A DNA stretch of 64,000 bases. Source: Octopus sinensis (lineage: Eukaryota). Position numbers and translations under genes: made by a program. Positions 26,681 to 40,690 of the stretch are shown in pieces (the stretch's first letter is position 1; each line of letters opens with the position of its first letter). Below the pieces are notes generated by a model, which saw nothing but the letters and a program-made list of their open reading frames with translations, was not told the origin of the DNA and did no database searches. The stretch is taken from the NCBI RefSeq assembly GCF_006345805.1, contig NC_043003.1, positions 75,268,001 to 75,332,000 of the forward strand. Reading direction: 5' to 3'.

Positions 26681-27109
26681 TTCCTTCCTTCCCGACCAGG
26701 CTATACACTTCCCTTAGGCAATGATCTGGCTCCAAGTCGGGGACCCAGAAGGCGTATCTATGCATGTCTTTCGAGAAGGTGTCTATCACCCTGAGCATAT
26801 TCCCATCCGATATGACCTTCATAGTCACCTGCTAAGGCCAATCTTCGTCCTCTGTCCAGGGCATGGTCTCCTCCCACTGGTCATTTGTGTTGCCCCTCCC
26901 TTCTAGAAGAAGATGACAAAATATTATCTCCTGGAAAGGACCTCAGTTTCCTCTGCCACCGACAAAGTTTGTGTGCGCATATACATATATACGTATAAAT
27001 GCTGCTGTGGCTTTATTTATATTTTATTTTATGTATCTTATCTACATTATTAGTAGTAGTATAAATTCTCTTCTTTCAAACCTTTTATTATTATTACCAT
27101 TCCCATTAA

Positions 27110-27270
27110 GGCATCAAGCCGTCAGAAACGTTAATACATCAGACAAAATGGTTGCTAGTATTTCTTGTTTCTTTATGTTCTGGGTTCAAATTTCGCCGTG
27201 GTTAACTTTGCTTTTCATCTTTTAGCGAACAGTGGGGGTCGATATAATCGATTAGTACCATCACCCAAAG
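27110..27270 (+). mobile_element. Degenerate family-2 SINE
   Basis: 'gttctgggttcaaatttcgccgtggttaactttgcttttcatc...gggggtcgatataatcga'. Confidence 0.7.
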
Positions 27271-27389
27271 TAGTAGTAGTAGTAGTAGTAGTAATAATAA
27301 TAGTAGTAGTAGTGTTGGTGTTGGTGTTGGTGGTGGTCATAAAGGTTTCAGATTTCGAAAGAATTCCAGAAATTATATTTGGTGCGGAG

Positions 27390-27682
27390 TAGTCGAATTA
27401 TATCGAACTCAGCACGTGACCGGTACTTTATTTTAACGAGTCTGTCAGTATGAATGGCATAACAACAAGAGCAACAATAATAGTTTCAAATTCTTGCCAC
27501 TGGGGCAGCAATTTCTGGGGAGGTGATGTGACGATTACATCGACCCCAATAAGTATGTTATCGAACCCGAATGGATGATAGGTAAATTCGACCTCGGCAG
27601 AATTTAAACTTAGAACGTAGCAGCGGGCGAAATGCCGCAAAGCATTTTGTCAAGCGCGTTAACGGTTCTGCCAACTCGCCTC
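27390..27682 (-). mobile_element. Family-2 SINE plus a fragment, inverted relative to the copy at 27110
   Basis: 'cgattacatcgacccc...tcgacctcggcagaatttaaact...ttctgccaactcgcc'. Confidence 0.75.
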
Positions 27683-29809
27683 ATTTACAAGAACGTTAAT
27701 AATGATAATAATAAATTTAGTATCAATTCGAATTGTCAAATCTTCTGTGAATTAAAAATTTCTTGAAGATGTTCGAAAGCACAAACTTTACTCTTTCATA
27801 TACAAGAAACATTTGAAGCATCATTCCAAATCGCAAAACTAAGATCACTTCCAGAAGCTGATAAGAGATGAAGATACATAACTGATAGCAAATGGAGGAG
27901 ATATTTATCAAATTGAAAAACTACACAACTACAAAAGACTATAAAGTACAGCCGATAGTGTAACATAGAACAATTCTAAACACTACCGCAAAGAGAATTC
28001 ATACCACTGCAAAACGCTTTTTAATGTAAACCTCGGTGGTGTATCTGTTTATTTTTCTGATAATAAATGTAACAGAACAAATTAGTTCTGAAAATCTTTT
28101 TTCCTCCTCATAATTACAATAGAATATTCTACTGCTTCTGTCACATATTTTGACGTTTCCTGATTGTAATGACCAGCACCATTCGTACTGGTTCACTCAA
28201 AGTAACACCGACACGCTTTTCTATATTTTTTATTACCCCATTCATTGAAATTATTTCTACATTACTATTTATACTTTACTTTCGTGTATTTCTGCCAGTC
28301 TGTTTTTACTTTCATCCTCTACCTCATCTTCTCTCGTTTACAAATAACCTCCTTAAGCACAATGCACAGCTAGTGTACCAATTAAGATCTAATATCGTCA
28401 CCACATAAACATCTTACTAACGTATGGCCCTAAAATTATGGCACTCACCCACATCTACATAAAGTTGGAGAGATAGCCTTACCTACTTAGATAAACAGTT
28501 GCAGGCTTAATACAAATGACATTATAAGCAGCATTACAAAACTCTAGCAGAAAAACATTTAATATAGCTGAATTGTGCAATATAGCATCATGCTAGAAAC
28601 TCGTAAGCAATGATGTAAAATATCATCACATAACAAAATGCCATTAATATAACCTGAAATAGAGTGACAAGTCGGATATAATTCCATACCTCTTAGGGAT
28701 CTCTCATATTGGGATCATTATAAAATCATCTCCTTGGCGATGAGATCGATTCACAAATCTATAGGAAATATTAATGAAGAAAATAAACACCCGACTAATC
28801 GACACCTTCAAGGAAAACAAAGATTGTGTTTCGAAGTTTTAAGCCAATTTTTAGCCCAAAGGTCTTGTGGTTTCATGCCTCCCCAAAACAGAGACGTGAA
28901 AGATCCCATTAAAAAGGCAACTGTAAAAAATAGCCCTTTACACAGGCTACAGTTAAAACAAGATACAAATGGACTAGGGAGGAAAACATGGAAGGATATG
29001 TTACGAGAAATAAGACTAGTGTAATCAATACTTTATTATACGTATTTCGACTCGTAGGTTTAGCATCATAAAATGCTCCACCAGGGAGATTATGATACTA
29101 AAATACTGCCTGACATTTAACATTGTGTATAAACGTAACGTTAAAACAAATTTAATGCTTTTATTTACGTGGCTTCCATCTCATAATTTTAAATCTAGAT
29201 TATATAATCATCTTTATGTATATAGAAGGAGAGATAAACCGAAAGTAACATTTCTTTCTGCGAAGTTCTAGAATATTCATTGAAAGTGAAACATCACTAG
29301 GTAGGCTAAGATTTATGCTAGTGATAAATGTGGTTGCTATCTCAGCTGTTTGGAATTATTGCGAAGCTTAAATTGCACACGTGATGTTATCAATAGATCA
29401 TATGAAATAAGGATCAAATACCCGCATTCTCTCCGTAGAACTCTCCCGCGCTTTAGCTAGATTCTATAAAGTCATCATCGGGTGAAATATACGTATGCAT
29501 AACACTACTCTATACACCTTAATTACTTGTAATAACATTTATGGACTATATTTAGATTGCCGAGCGTAATTCCATATTTTAATACTAATAACTGGTTTTA
29601 TTTAAGGAGTATGAATGAGGCGGATCAATTAAGCGTAGGTGAAAATATTTCAAAACCGCCTTCTCATACTTAATCTCATACTTAATTGAACATGAACGTT
29701 TGATTGATTTTTTATATAAATAAAAGATACACGGTTGCATCTATATATATCTATCCATCTCTCTATCTGCTCATCTCTCATCATCCAATTTACTTTTATA
29801 TAAATAAAT

Positions 29810-29825
29810 ATACATATATACATAC

Positions 29826-29909
<84 letters not shown>

Positions 29910-29910
29910 A
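29810..29910. repeat. (TA)n(TG)n microsatellite
   Basis: Seen directly. Confidence 0.95.
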
Positions 29911-32900
29911 TATACCGTGTATGCATGTATACAAAAAAACCGCGGATCCTATCCAAATATTTAAAAGTGCTATGGATATTCAAATTGAAAACAAAACATA
30001 AGTGCTGAGTGTTTTACTTTACTTTGCATTATCTATATTTTGAGGCATTATTTACGTGTAGACGTCAAGTCATGACTTTATACCTTTCCATGCGAAGCAA
30101 AACTGCACTATATTATATAAAAATTTATATCTTTCAACATAGACCAGGAGAAAAAATTTTAATTTTGAATGAAGTGATACTGAAAACTGTAAATACATAT
30201 CCAATTTAAACTCTTAGTCTAAACGTTATCGTGAAAGTGATTCATAGATATATTGGTAGTTGCACGGTTATTCCTTTACTCACATTTATTTATGATGATT
30301 CACAGACACACATACCTGTGGACTTGGAATAAAATACAATTCAAAGGTTTTAATAAATTCTGTAAACAAAATGCTGTTTTCAATAAAATTTTGGACAGGA
30401 TTTGTAAATTGAGTTGAAATAATTAAAATGAAAGAAAAAATTTTAAAAATGATATAAAGTCCTTTCCTGCAATAAAATAAATTGAAATTGAACATTTTTT
30501 TTCTATTAGTTACATTTCAAAATGAAGCAGCAGTTTTATTTTTATTTCATATTCTGAAAAATTAAAATATTTTTCGATGTTTCTTTTTCAGCAAACCTTA
30601 TTTGAAAACAGTTTTCTTGGAACAAGCTTTAATCATTCGCTTTGAAAATTTGTTCCCCGTCTGTCAAAGTATGACTGCTAATTCAATTCTTTCTTGAATG
30701 TTTCGACTTGAGTAGCTGAAGATCTCAATGTCAGCAATATTTTGAAGAATGATTTGAAGTCGGTAACAATGACTAGCTTCAATTTTAAAATGAATCATCA
30801 ATTGGGTTATTGATCAAGTAATCCTACATTAAGTTAAACGAATTCTCCTATTATAAAAAATACACAATGAATCAGCAGAAAAACAAAAAAAAAATAATGA
30901 TGATGAATAAAACAAAATAAATACTAATACTAACAATAATAGTAATGTTATGATGAAAAGCAACAAAAGGAAGAAGCATAGAATAAAAATAATAAAAATA
31001 AACATAATTTACATTTTTTAAAATATATAATTAAAAACAGAAAGAGGTATAAAGAAATGGATTAAAGTAACATGGCGAAGGCTTGCAATAAGAGAGAATA
31101 ATAGAAACCATTGTACTGATGTTTTGACTTGCACAGATTGTTAATCGAAATCAGATGTACAGCACATTAGTGGAAGTAGAAAATATGCCACAAAATGCGA
31201 ATAATTTAAATGTTCATATAATTACAACATTACTTTTAGATATCTCTTTGTAGCAAATTCATTAAACTAGTAATTTTATATTCAAAATCAAATGACTTTA
31301 ATGAAATTCTGTTGCGATTTTAAAACGTGACAAATTTTAGTCCAGTATATATGTTTTTGTCATATGAAGACCGCATTGCTCATTGGAACTGAAAATGCGA
31401 AATAATGAAAGTAGTTCGGCAAGCTTAAGTCTGGGAGTGGTTTTCCGATAACATTTCGATGCTGTTTCGTGGAATTTTATTGATACCTGTAATGTTATTG
31501 AAAATGTTACAAACGCCATAATGTATAAGTTAGCATGCAGTGACATAAATATCAAATAAGATCTCTATTTACAATAATACGTCATAGAACAGAAAATTAC
31601 TCAACTTTAACAAAATGAGTTACTGATATTACTGAGTAACTCAAGAGTGTTTAGTACTTTCGTTGCTCACAAGTCGTTCTGGTACAAGTTTATAAGCAAA
31701 ATTCTGAAAATATTCAGAGAACATGTTTGTAATTGTATGGCATCTAAGGCATACTCATGACACAAAGATGAGATAACTATTATATATTTTACACAACTTT
31801 ATGCATATTCTTGTGTAATGGATACTAGGCTGTACACGGAGAAATATAAATACACTAAATGAAAGACAAATATATTTGCCTGTGCATAAATGTGCTCGTA
31901 CGAATGTGTTAATATTTATCTCCTGGCGGCTTTACTAAATTTTCCATATGTCACGAATAGGAGAAAGCGTTTTATATTTAATACCGTGCAATAGTTAGTT
32001 CTTCACTAACGAATGTAAACCTCCTCTTCATTATTTTGTTAAAACGTATTCTGTATTTTATAAGTTGACAAAATAAATCACTGTTCTGCATTGACAGTGG
32101 ACATACGGTTTCATAGTCTTTAAAATGTAACATAATTACAAAACTAATTGAAAATATTTTAAAATGACACATCTCTGTATTGCATCCGGCAAAAATACAA
32201 ATTTAATTAAAATGTTTTTTTTCAGTTTTCAAAATAGCCGAAATCACAATGACCTTAATTTTTCTCCTCGTTTCTCCTCCTAGATGTTGATGCTGTTTAA
32301 CTCCAACTCAATTGAGATCGTATCGTATTCTGGCCGTATTCTATTAGGTAAGTACTGAGTAAATATATAAGCTAAATGATTTAATGTGTCATCCGAAATG
32401 GCTATGATTGGAAGGAAATTTAATTTCTGTCTTGCGTTCGTCAAGTAAAAATGTCTATGCTACATTGTTGGATTTGAATTTCAGTACGTTGGCCTATTAT
32501 ACTGAATTAATAAAATAAAATAGATACAATCAAAGACAAAGAGCAACGCATTGACAAGTGGAATATGCCATGTGTCAATCTAAGTGAGGTCCGTACAGTG
32601 ATGTGTCGCATAGTAATACTTCTGGTGTTATTTAAATATTTAAGACGTTACAAAACCTGCATCTCACTTGATCAAATATAAATAAGTACCCTGTTTTTCG
32701 GAAAGGCATTAAGATTCACTAAATTCACAGCTATTTATTAATTTTTGAATTACTATTACTCTCTTTCTATAATCGATTTGTGAGCACACATCTTTCTGAC
32801 AAATTTGAGAGATTCCGTGACCAGGAAAATAATTACAGTGTGACTCAGCGCTAATGCATGGAATAGATTTCTCTGTGCTAAATTTCTAACAAAAAGGTGT

Positions 32901-33654
32901 CCTTAATGTGTATAATGATTTTGCAAAATATGAAATCACAAATACATTAACAGAAAAAATGTTAGGTAGTGTTAAGTGAGTGAAACCTCGGTATGAACCT
33001 TGCTAAGTTCATATCAAGTTATCAGATATCTTTCTAACATAAGTTTCGTAGTAAATATATAGTGAACACTAACTAGATATCAAAATAGAAACTTTATTCA
33101 AAGTATATAATTGTCATGTTACAGACAGATGCCGTCTATTAAACAGAAACCTGTATCAAATTATTTCTGTATAAAATTGAAGCATTCCTTTTGTGACACC
33201 ATTTAGAATTGTATAAGCGTCAAAGCTTTGGAGAAGAAGCGGGACACGGATTTTTTAAATAAAAAGTAAAGCAATATTATAAAATTCGAAAGGCTTCATA
33301 AACCGAAATAACATGTTTGTAGGAAACAGGAGAAAATGTAAAAGAAATCTGGAGGACATGCAAAAAGAAAACAAAAAAAAACAATGATTCAGTAGAGAAA
33401 AAATATATAAATATTACAGAAGTTCAGAACTAGAATTCTTACTCAAAACTAAAACAACCCACATACAAAAGTGTTATGGGCGCAAGAGTATTTTGTATTC
33501 CTAAAATTTCATAGCAAATGTTATAAACGTTCTACATTTTCCATTGCAGCACAATAACACGTGGTTTTATACATCGGTTGCAGGTTTAGCGTGCAAATAT
33601 GGGTAAATTATTTACAATTTTCCTCAGTGAAATGTTTGAGCATAAAAATATCTA

Positions 33655-33686
33655 TTTCTCTTTCTCTCTGTCTGTCTGTCTATCTG

Positions 33687-33780
<94 letters not shown>
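33655..33780. repeat. (CT)n(TA)n(GA)n microsatellite (self-complementary arrangement)
   Basis: Seen directly. Confidence 0.95.
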
Positions 33781-33783
<3 letters not shown>

Positions 33784-33912
33784 TAGTAAAGAGTGAAAAA
33801 ACGACAGAAGGCTTAAATGTTAAAAAATATATATATTTGCGTCAATATGTCTGAAGAATATTAGACAATTTAAAAAAAAAACTTTTTCTCCTCTTATAAT
33901 GACATAATTTAA

Positions 33913-33951
33913 AAGAAAGACCGGTTTCGCGTGCAGCTTTTCAAATTTCTT
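33913..33951 (-). ncRNA. Degenerate minimal type I hammerhead motif at the Penelope 3' end
   Basis: Minus strand reads AAGAAA-t-TTGAAAA-gctgcacgc-GAAA-CCGG-TC-TTTCTT. Stem I is perfect, stem III is palindromic and the GUC triplet is present, but the CUGANGA box has 2 substitutions. Confidence 0.6.
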
Positions 33952-35240
33952 GTGACGTTATGTTTATGTTGAATAGAGTTATCGTTGTGTTTATGTTCCG
34001 GAGTGTTCTAAATAAGGGGAGGTAGTGGGTGATTTCTTCCGGTGTAAGGGAGATAATCGCTTAAAAATTAAAAAATATATTTTCCTTTCCCTTGATGTGA
34101 ATTGCTCTGTATCAGTATGTTCGGATGGTTGAGTCTGGGCTTGTACTTTTCAATGAAGAATGTTTCCTTGTTTAGTCTAATTTGTGTTGATGATCCGAAA
34201 GCACATTGGTAAAATGGAAAGATTAAAAATTGTGGTAGTAGTTGTTTTGCGCATTTCTCAATGTGCTCACTAAAAGGTATCATTCTATATTCTGGGAATG
34301 CAATCTCTTGTCGATGCAGTGTGCATCTACGTCTGAGTGATTTTTTTATTGGTTTCATTTATAATTTGACTTATAATATGTATTCATATATTGTGCAAAC
34401 ATGCTCTGTATATATACATAAGTATATGTATAGAATGCAGGAATTAGGAATGGAGCAGAAAAGATTTCGTATCTTATTTGGAGTAGCACCTAAAATATCA
34501 GCAAATTCCATAGTCTCATAGTATTCAAGGTCATGAGGTACTAAACCTAGTATCCATGCAGCAACTTTTGTTACTATTTCCAACTACATTTGTAGTCCTC
34601 ATATTTTTGAATGATAGAGAGCAACACATTAGTTACGCCTAATTGAGTGTGTATTTATTTTTCTGAGATGTCACATTTTCTCACTATTATTCCATGTGTA
34701 AAATTAAGGGAAATAAGTATAATATAATATATCTGCTAATGAGTTTGCTGGTGATTCCCGGTTAACTCGCTTCCATTCAGTGAGAGGGGACCTGTTATGT
34801 GTGTGAATAACGCTTTTAATATCATCATCGTGATTAAATTAAATGTATTGCTGTTGGGGTAAATGAACTGTTAGCTGTTGAATTGCTGGATATCAACCAT
34901 GTTATTTGAACTCTAAAATCCTCCAGACTGCGTCTGATAAGGATACATAGGGGCAATTTATATAATTTTCAGTTTCATCTTTGTGTGTTAGTCGTGCATT
35001 CGTTTGTCTACAAAACTTTTCTGAATCATTTTCAATATGAACAACATATGACAATGGGGTAGTGCATGCTTTTGAAACTCTATAGTCTACATGTACTCTG
35101 CAACCTCTCCCAAAACATTCTTCTCCAAAATGTCATGCAAGAGAGACGTCAGTTTCATTTTAAATACTCTGTCAGATACCTCTTGTCTATCAGCCGGTGT
35201 CTGTCCTGGATAAAGTTCGTCTGTGATGCCGATGGAGCAG
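33913..35240 (-). mobile_element. Penelope-like element remnant (RT fragment joined to GIY-YIG C-terminus)
   Basis: ORF 34068-34358 (LRRRCTLHRQEI...SEHIEKC...FLIFPFYQ...KETFFIEKYKPRLN) is typical of the PLE GIY-YIG tail. 34371-34583 contains a VPHDL RT-like motif. A hammerhead-like motif lies at the 3' end. The right boundary is approximate. Confidence 0.8.
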
Positions 35241-36214
35241 CGAAAATTCTAACACATATGAAAATTAAATTACGGTAACGTACTTGCATATTATATTCTC
35301 TGGTAAGTAAATAAAGTCACTCTCAGGAGAAATTTCCGCAGGCTGCGTTTTACATCGTGTTTCCATTATGCGATGGTAGTTTTTTATGTGGTGAGTTTAA
35401 TGGTATGGTCCGTGTTACAGAGGTCAGTATTTAGAGGCTATCCGCTATTTAATAGATATAGCATTATAAAAGGATTTGGCGGAAATTACTTAAATTGAAC
35501 CTGCGAGGGGAAATTTAATACATAAGTATATCAATGAGAGAAAAATGGGTACAACATTAGTGCGATGTTATTATTTGTTACTGATTGAGTGAAACCTAAT
35601 TCCAATATCCCTATGTGTGGCGGGGTAAAGACAAAGTCAACCCTACAACCAAATTGGTCAGCTGATATTTCAAAACAATGGCGTTGTTCAGTTCCGTTAA
35701 GACTATCAATGTATTACAATGCAAGTAAGACAACAGAATAAAAATAAAATATAAATAAATATAAATATAAATATGAGAATATTTAAGGCAATGAATAGCC
35801 TAGGAGTTCATTACTAATGAATGCGCTATGGAGAGTACTTACGGATATGTAAATAATGTTTTATATGAATATATCTGAGATACATATCTAATTAACAACT
35901 AATTGTCTGCACAAGAGAAGTAGAAGAAGAGGCGATTGGTTGAAAAGTAAACAAATGATAAACAGACGCTAATCGGTAAGTAGTTTGATAGAATATTAGC
36001 ATACTGAATTGTTTGTTGATTGTTTATCCTCTCCATTTGCTTATCTGCCTTATAAATACTGTGTATATTTCTAATTCCGCCCCCATATTTAGTATTCAAT
36101 TACGATGCTGCCATGCAATAGTAAGCACTTGATTATAAATGTGTAGGTACATCTCCAGTTGTATATTGGATATTTAATATCCCTTACATGGTTTTTTAAC
36201 TTCTAATTCATACA

Positions 36215-36620
36215 GACGCAGGAGTGGCTGTGTGGTAAGTAGCTTGCTTACCAACAACATGTTTCCGGGTTCAGTCCCACTGCGTGGAATCTTGGGCAAG
36301 TGTCTTCTGCTATAGCCTCGGGCCTACCAATGCCTTGTGAGTGGGTTTGGTAGACGGAAACTGAAAGAAGCCTGTCGTATATGCGTATATATGTGGGTGT
36401 ATATGTTTGTGTGTCTGTGTTTGTCTCCCTAGCATTGCTTGACAACCAATGGTGGTGAGTATAGGTCCACGTCACTTAGCGGTTCGGCAAAAGTGACCGA
36501 TAGAATAAGTACTGGGCTTACAAAGAATAAGTCCCTGGGTCGATTTGCTCAACTAAAGGCGGTGCTCCAGCATGACAGCAGTCAAATGACTGAATCAAGT
36601 CAAAGAGAGTAAAAGAGAGA
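36215..36620 (+). mobile_element. Family-1 CORE-type SINE, full length
   Basis: A box TGGCTGTGTGG, B box GGTTCAGTCCC, 'cttgggcaagt' CORE-like motif, and a tail like the copy at 53665. Confidence 0.9.
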
Positions 36621-36623
36621 CAA

Positions 36624-36660
<37 letters not shown>

Positions 36661-36739
36661 ATATATATATAATTGTATTATATTCATAAACGACGCACTC
36701 CTGAAATTCAAATTTAGAACAGATATTAAGCACATTAAT

Positions 36740-37125
<386 letters not shown>

Positions 37126-37129
37126 AGTA

Positions 37130-37260
37130 GGCATGCCTCAGGAAGGAGAATCCAGGTTCGAAATTTTGCCAAGGCACCTGATGAAGGCTAGAGGGTGTTA
37201 ACAAAAAAAAGTGAGAACAAAAATACGTCAATTCTAAATAATGTAAATAATGTACATAAT
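37130..37260 (+). mobile_element. Second, head-deleted copy of the family-3 SINE, inverted (head-to-head)
   Basis: 'aggttcgaaattttgccaaggcacCTGATGAaggctagaggg...tgttaacaa...aaataatgtaaataatgta' is the reverse complement of 36740-36880, with the GAAA segment deleted. Confidence 0.8.
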
Positions 37261-38405
37261 TCCTCGTCGCTTAAATATAGAACTGTAGATACAAAGCAAA
37301 TTATTATGAAATGTGGAAAGCATAATTGTAATTGATTAAGAATAAATTTTATAAGAAACAGTAAGAAAAGAATCAACCGCACCAGTATCAAAATCTCAAC
37401 AATAAGTTAAGACAACGACTAAACTACTATCCATCAACACCATCACCACCACAACCACAACGACGACGACGACCACCACCAACAACAACAACAACAACTT
37501 TAACAGCAATAACAAGGAGAATAACTAGATTACCTAAAACGTGAACAAGAGCAGACGCAATAGCAACAGTAATTACTATTATAATAATGGTTATAGTAAA
37601 AGTGGTGATATAAATGGCGATAATCTTTTCTCCTATATTCTTTCCCCTTTGTCTTCTATTTTCTTTTCAAAATATAAATCATTTAATGGAATTTGAATTC
37701 TTACCGAATTATTTTTAGTTCAGAAAACATATTCAGCAAAATCATGGCGGCTGAAAAATGTCGCTAAGAGATGTGAGCATAAGTGAGTTAAGAGAATGAA
37801 TAAGATAACATATTATTGAAAGCAGACTTAACAAATATATCTTTTAAAAGAAATATGGGAAGTGGATCCGCAATCCTTGACTTAATAAATAGAAATTCAG
37901 GTGCTTAAAGATTATTCAGCTGAAAGAATTATCGATTACCTACAAAGTGTGATTTTGGTTATAAACGTTTGCTTTGTATATTACTTTTGTTCTTTTTGAT
38001 TATGAAAGTTATCTTTTTTTTCTTTAGTTTCATTGCTATTCGTACTGTTGATTACGATGAAGCTGATGACGAATGTAGTTTTGGTTTCACTACTGTTCTG
38101 TTGCAGATATGGAATAGGATGAGAGTGGTGAAGAGGTAGGGAATTATGAAGGAGTGGAGGACGATGATGATAAGGTGGCGATGATGATGCATAATCTTAT
38201 TTGTTTCAGCTATTAATGGTGAAAATAGAGGTTAATATACAGATTTCAAAGTTTCACATCTTTCGAAGTGCAGTAAAAGTGAACTATATAAATTGACAAG
38301 AAGGGTAGCATGACACACCTACGCATTTATACATACATATAACTATATATACATATATGTATACGTGTATTTATATATATATATTTATCTATGTATATAT
38401 ATATA

Positions 38406-38454
<49 letters not shown>

Positions 38455-38490
38455 TTTATATGTATGTATATATATATATATTTACATATA

Positions 38491-38698
38491 TACCATTGCA
38501 GCGTGGAAGGTGTTTATAAGCCATTTAAGAAACACACAAATACCGTTAGATTCACTTAAACATTTAAATTTAATTTGCGAAATATTTTCTTCGCTTTCAG
38601 ACCGCGACCTGTTCACTGACAAAACTCCGTGCTGCAATTGCTTTCGTTCCAGCACACGATCTCTGATCAAGTCACTCGCTATGCAAGTACATCTCTGT
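38491..38698 (-). mobile_element. ~200-bp repeat-like insertion within (TA)n, possibly a Penelope-type terminal repeat
   Basis: Complex sequence sharply embedded in (TA)n, containing a hammerhead-like fold on the minus strand. Confidence 0.45.
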
Positions 38699-38724
38699 AT
38701 ATATATACATATATACATACATAT

Positions 38725-38819
<95 letters not shown>

Positions 38820-38838
38820 TATATAGATAGATAGATAT

Positions 38839-38918
<80 letters not shown>

Positions 38919-38971
38919 GTAGATAGATATATAGATAGATAGATATATAGATAGATAGATAGATAGATAGT

Positions 38972-39002
<31 letters not shown>

Positions 39003-39013
39003 TTAGATAGATA
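38725..39013. repeat. (GATA)n tetranucleotide array, ~290 bp
   Basis: Seen directly. Confidence 0.97.
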
Positions 39014-39014
39014 T

Positions 39015-39135
39015 AGGAGCAGGCGTAGCTGTTTGGTAAGAAGCTTGCTACCCAACCACATGATACCGGGTTCAGTCCCACTGCGTTTCACATTGGAACT
39101 AGTGAGTGGATTTAGAAGATGGGAACTGAAAGAAG
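39015..39135 (+). mobile_element. Family-1 SINE, 5' fragment
   Basis: 'tggtaagaagcttgctacccaaccacatgataccgggttcagtcccactgcgt'. Confidence 0.8.
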
Positions 39136-40114
39136 AGTATACATACATATATATAGTAAAAATGAGCCATTTTGCAGGAAAATTCATAAATCCTTTAATG
39201 CATTGGTACTTACATTTCTATAAACCTCGAGATTTAGTTGCTGTTATTTTCCATCGATCGAATATTAAAAAAAGGATTTCTGGTATCCAGAGATTTTAAT
39301 GAGAATCCTTTTACATGTGTTCATTTCTTCAGGTAGGTAAATAACTGCATTAGTGTTCTGGCTATATCGAATGTTTAGCTTGAGGATATTTAGTAATTTA
39401 CACCATCTGACATCCAAACAAACTCATGTCCCTTTTCTCACTCTGCAGCGATCGGATTAAAATCACACGCTCAATGCTCCCCACTCACAACCCACATACA
39501 CTGTACTGAAACCTAGAAAATATATGGCTGTTATCTTTCCACTCTTGTATTCATGATTTATTCTCTCTTTTTTCTTCCTACTACTCACTCGTCCTCTTGC
39601 ACACAACTAAATACAAAGAAAGGTAATACGTATAACCACACTCCTATATTGCTTATATATATTTATGTATTATCAGTCAAATTAGTCATAGGAGCCGTCC
39701 ACAAACCCCAAAAAACTTTCTGATTGGTTTATCCCTTAGCTAAACATTAAATATAGCCGGAATTCTAATGTGAATGTTTTGCCTGAAGAAGCGAACAAAT
39801 AAACTGAAATATACTTTACAATCCCTAGATATTGGAAATCATTTCTGTATTATCCTATGGATCAGGAAATTAGCAATTAAATCATGAGGTTTGTTTAAAC
39901 TTAAGGCATTATAGTATTTATGAATTTCTATCCAAAATTTCTTATTATTACTGTATTCATCGGACGCTATATCTGCACCAGAATAGTAACTATTCTATAA
40001 AAAAGTACTCAGAATGAGGGGAATAATAACCGTTGGGCAGAATAAATTACACAGGAGCTTTTTCTGAGAGCACTCAAAAAGATTTCACACAAAAGAACTT
40101 AAAGGATATATATA

Positions 40115-40155
<41 letters not shown>

Positions 40156-40165
40156 TATATATATA

Positions 40166-40363
40166 CAGGAGTGGCTGGGTGGTAACAAGTTTCCTTTCAA
40201 ACACATGTTTCCCATCTCAGTCCCACACGTGGCATCATGGGCAGGTGTCTTCCACTATAGCTGCGCGCTGATCTAAGGCTTCTTAGTGGATTTGGTAGAC
40301 GGAAAATGAAATAAATCCGTCGTATATATATCTGTGTTTATGCATATATGTGTGTCTACGTGT

Positions 40364-40428
<65 letters not shown>

Positions 40429-40690
40429 TATGTCTGTGTGTGTGTGTGGAAATGTATATGTCATTCATGTGTTTTTGTGTCTCTGTTTTTACTCCCATCA
40501 CCGCTTGTCAACCGTTGTTGTGTGTTTACGTCCCCGAGGTTAATGATTCGGCAACAGTGACTAGCATGAGAAGTACTAGGCTTTAGAGAAATGTCCTGCA
40601 ATCGATTTGTTCGACTAAAACCGTTCAAAGCAGTGCTCCGGCCTGATCGCAGCCGCATAGCTGAAACGAATATAGGAATAAAAGAATCGT
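40166..40690 (+). mobile_element. Family-1 SINE, diverged, with internal microsatellite
   Basis: Head 'caggagtggctgggtggtaa' and tail 'cgcttgtcaacc...tttacgtcccc...gtactaggctt'. Confidence 0.8.

Noticed and set aside
26690-26970. GC-richer segment, possibly a LINE ORF1 fragment
   Set aside because: Similarity is too weak to call.
28730-29030. RYKWTREEN motif resembling an RLE-LINE N-terminus
   Set aside because: A single short motif with no supporting downstream domains.
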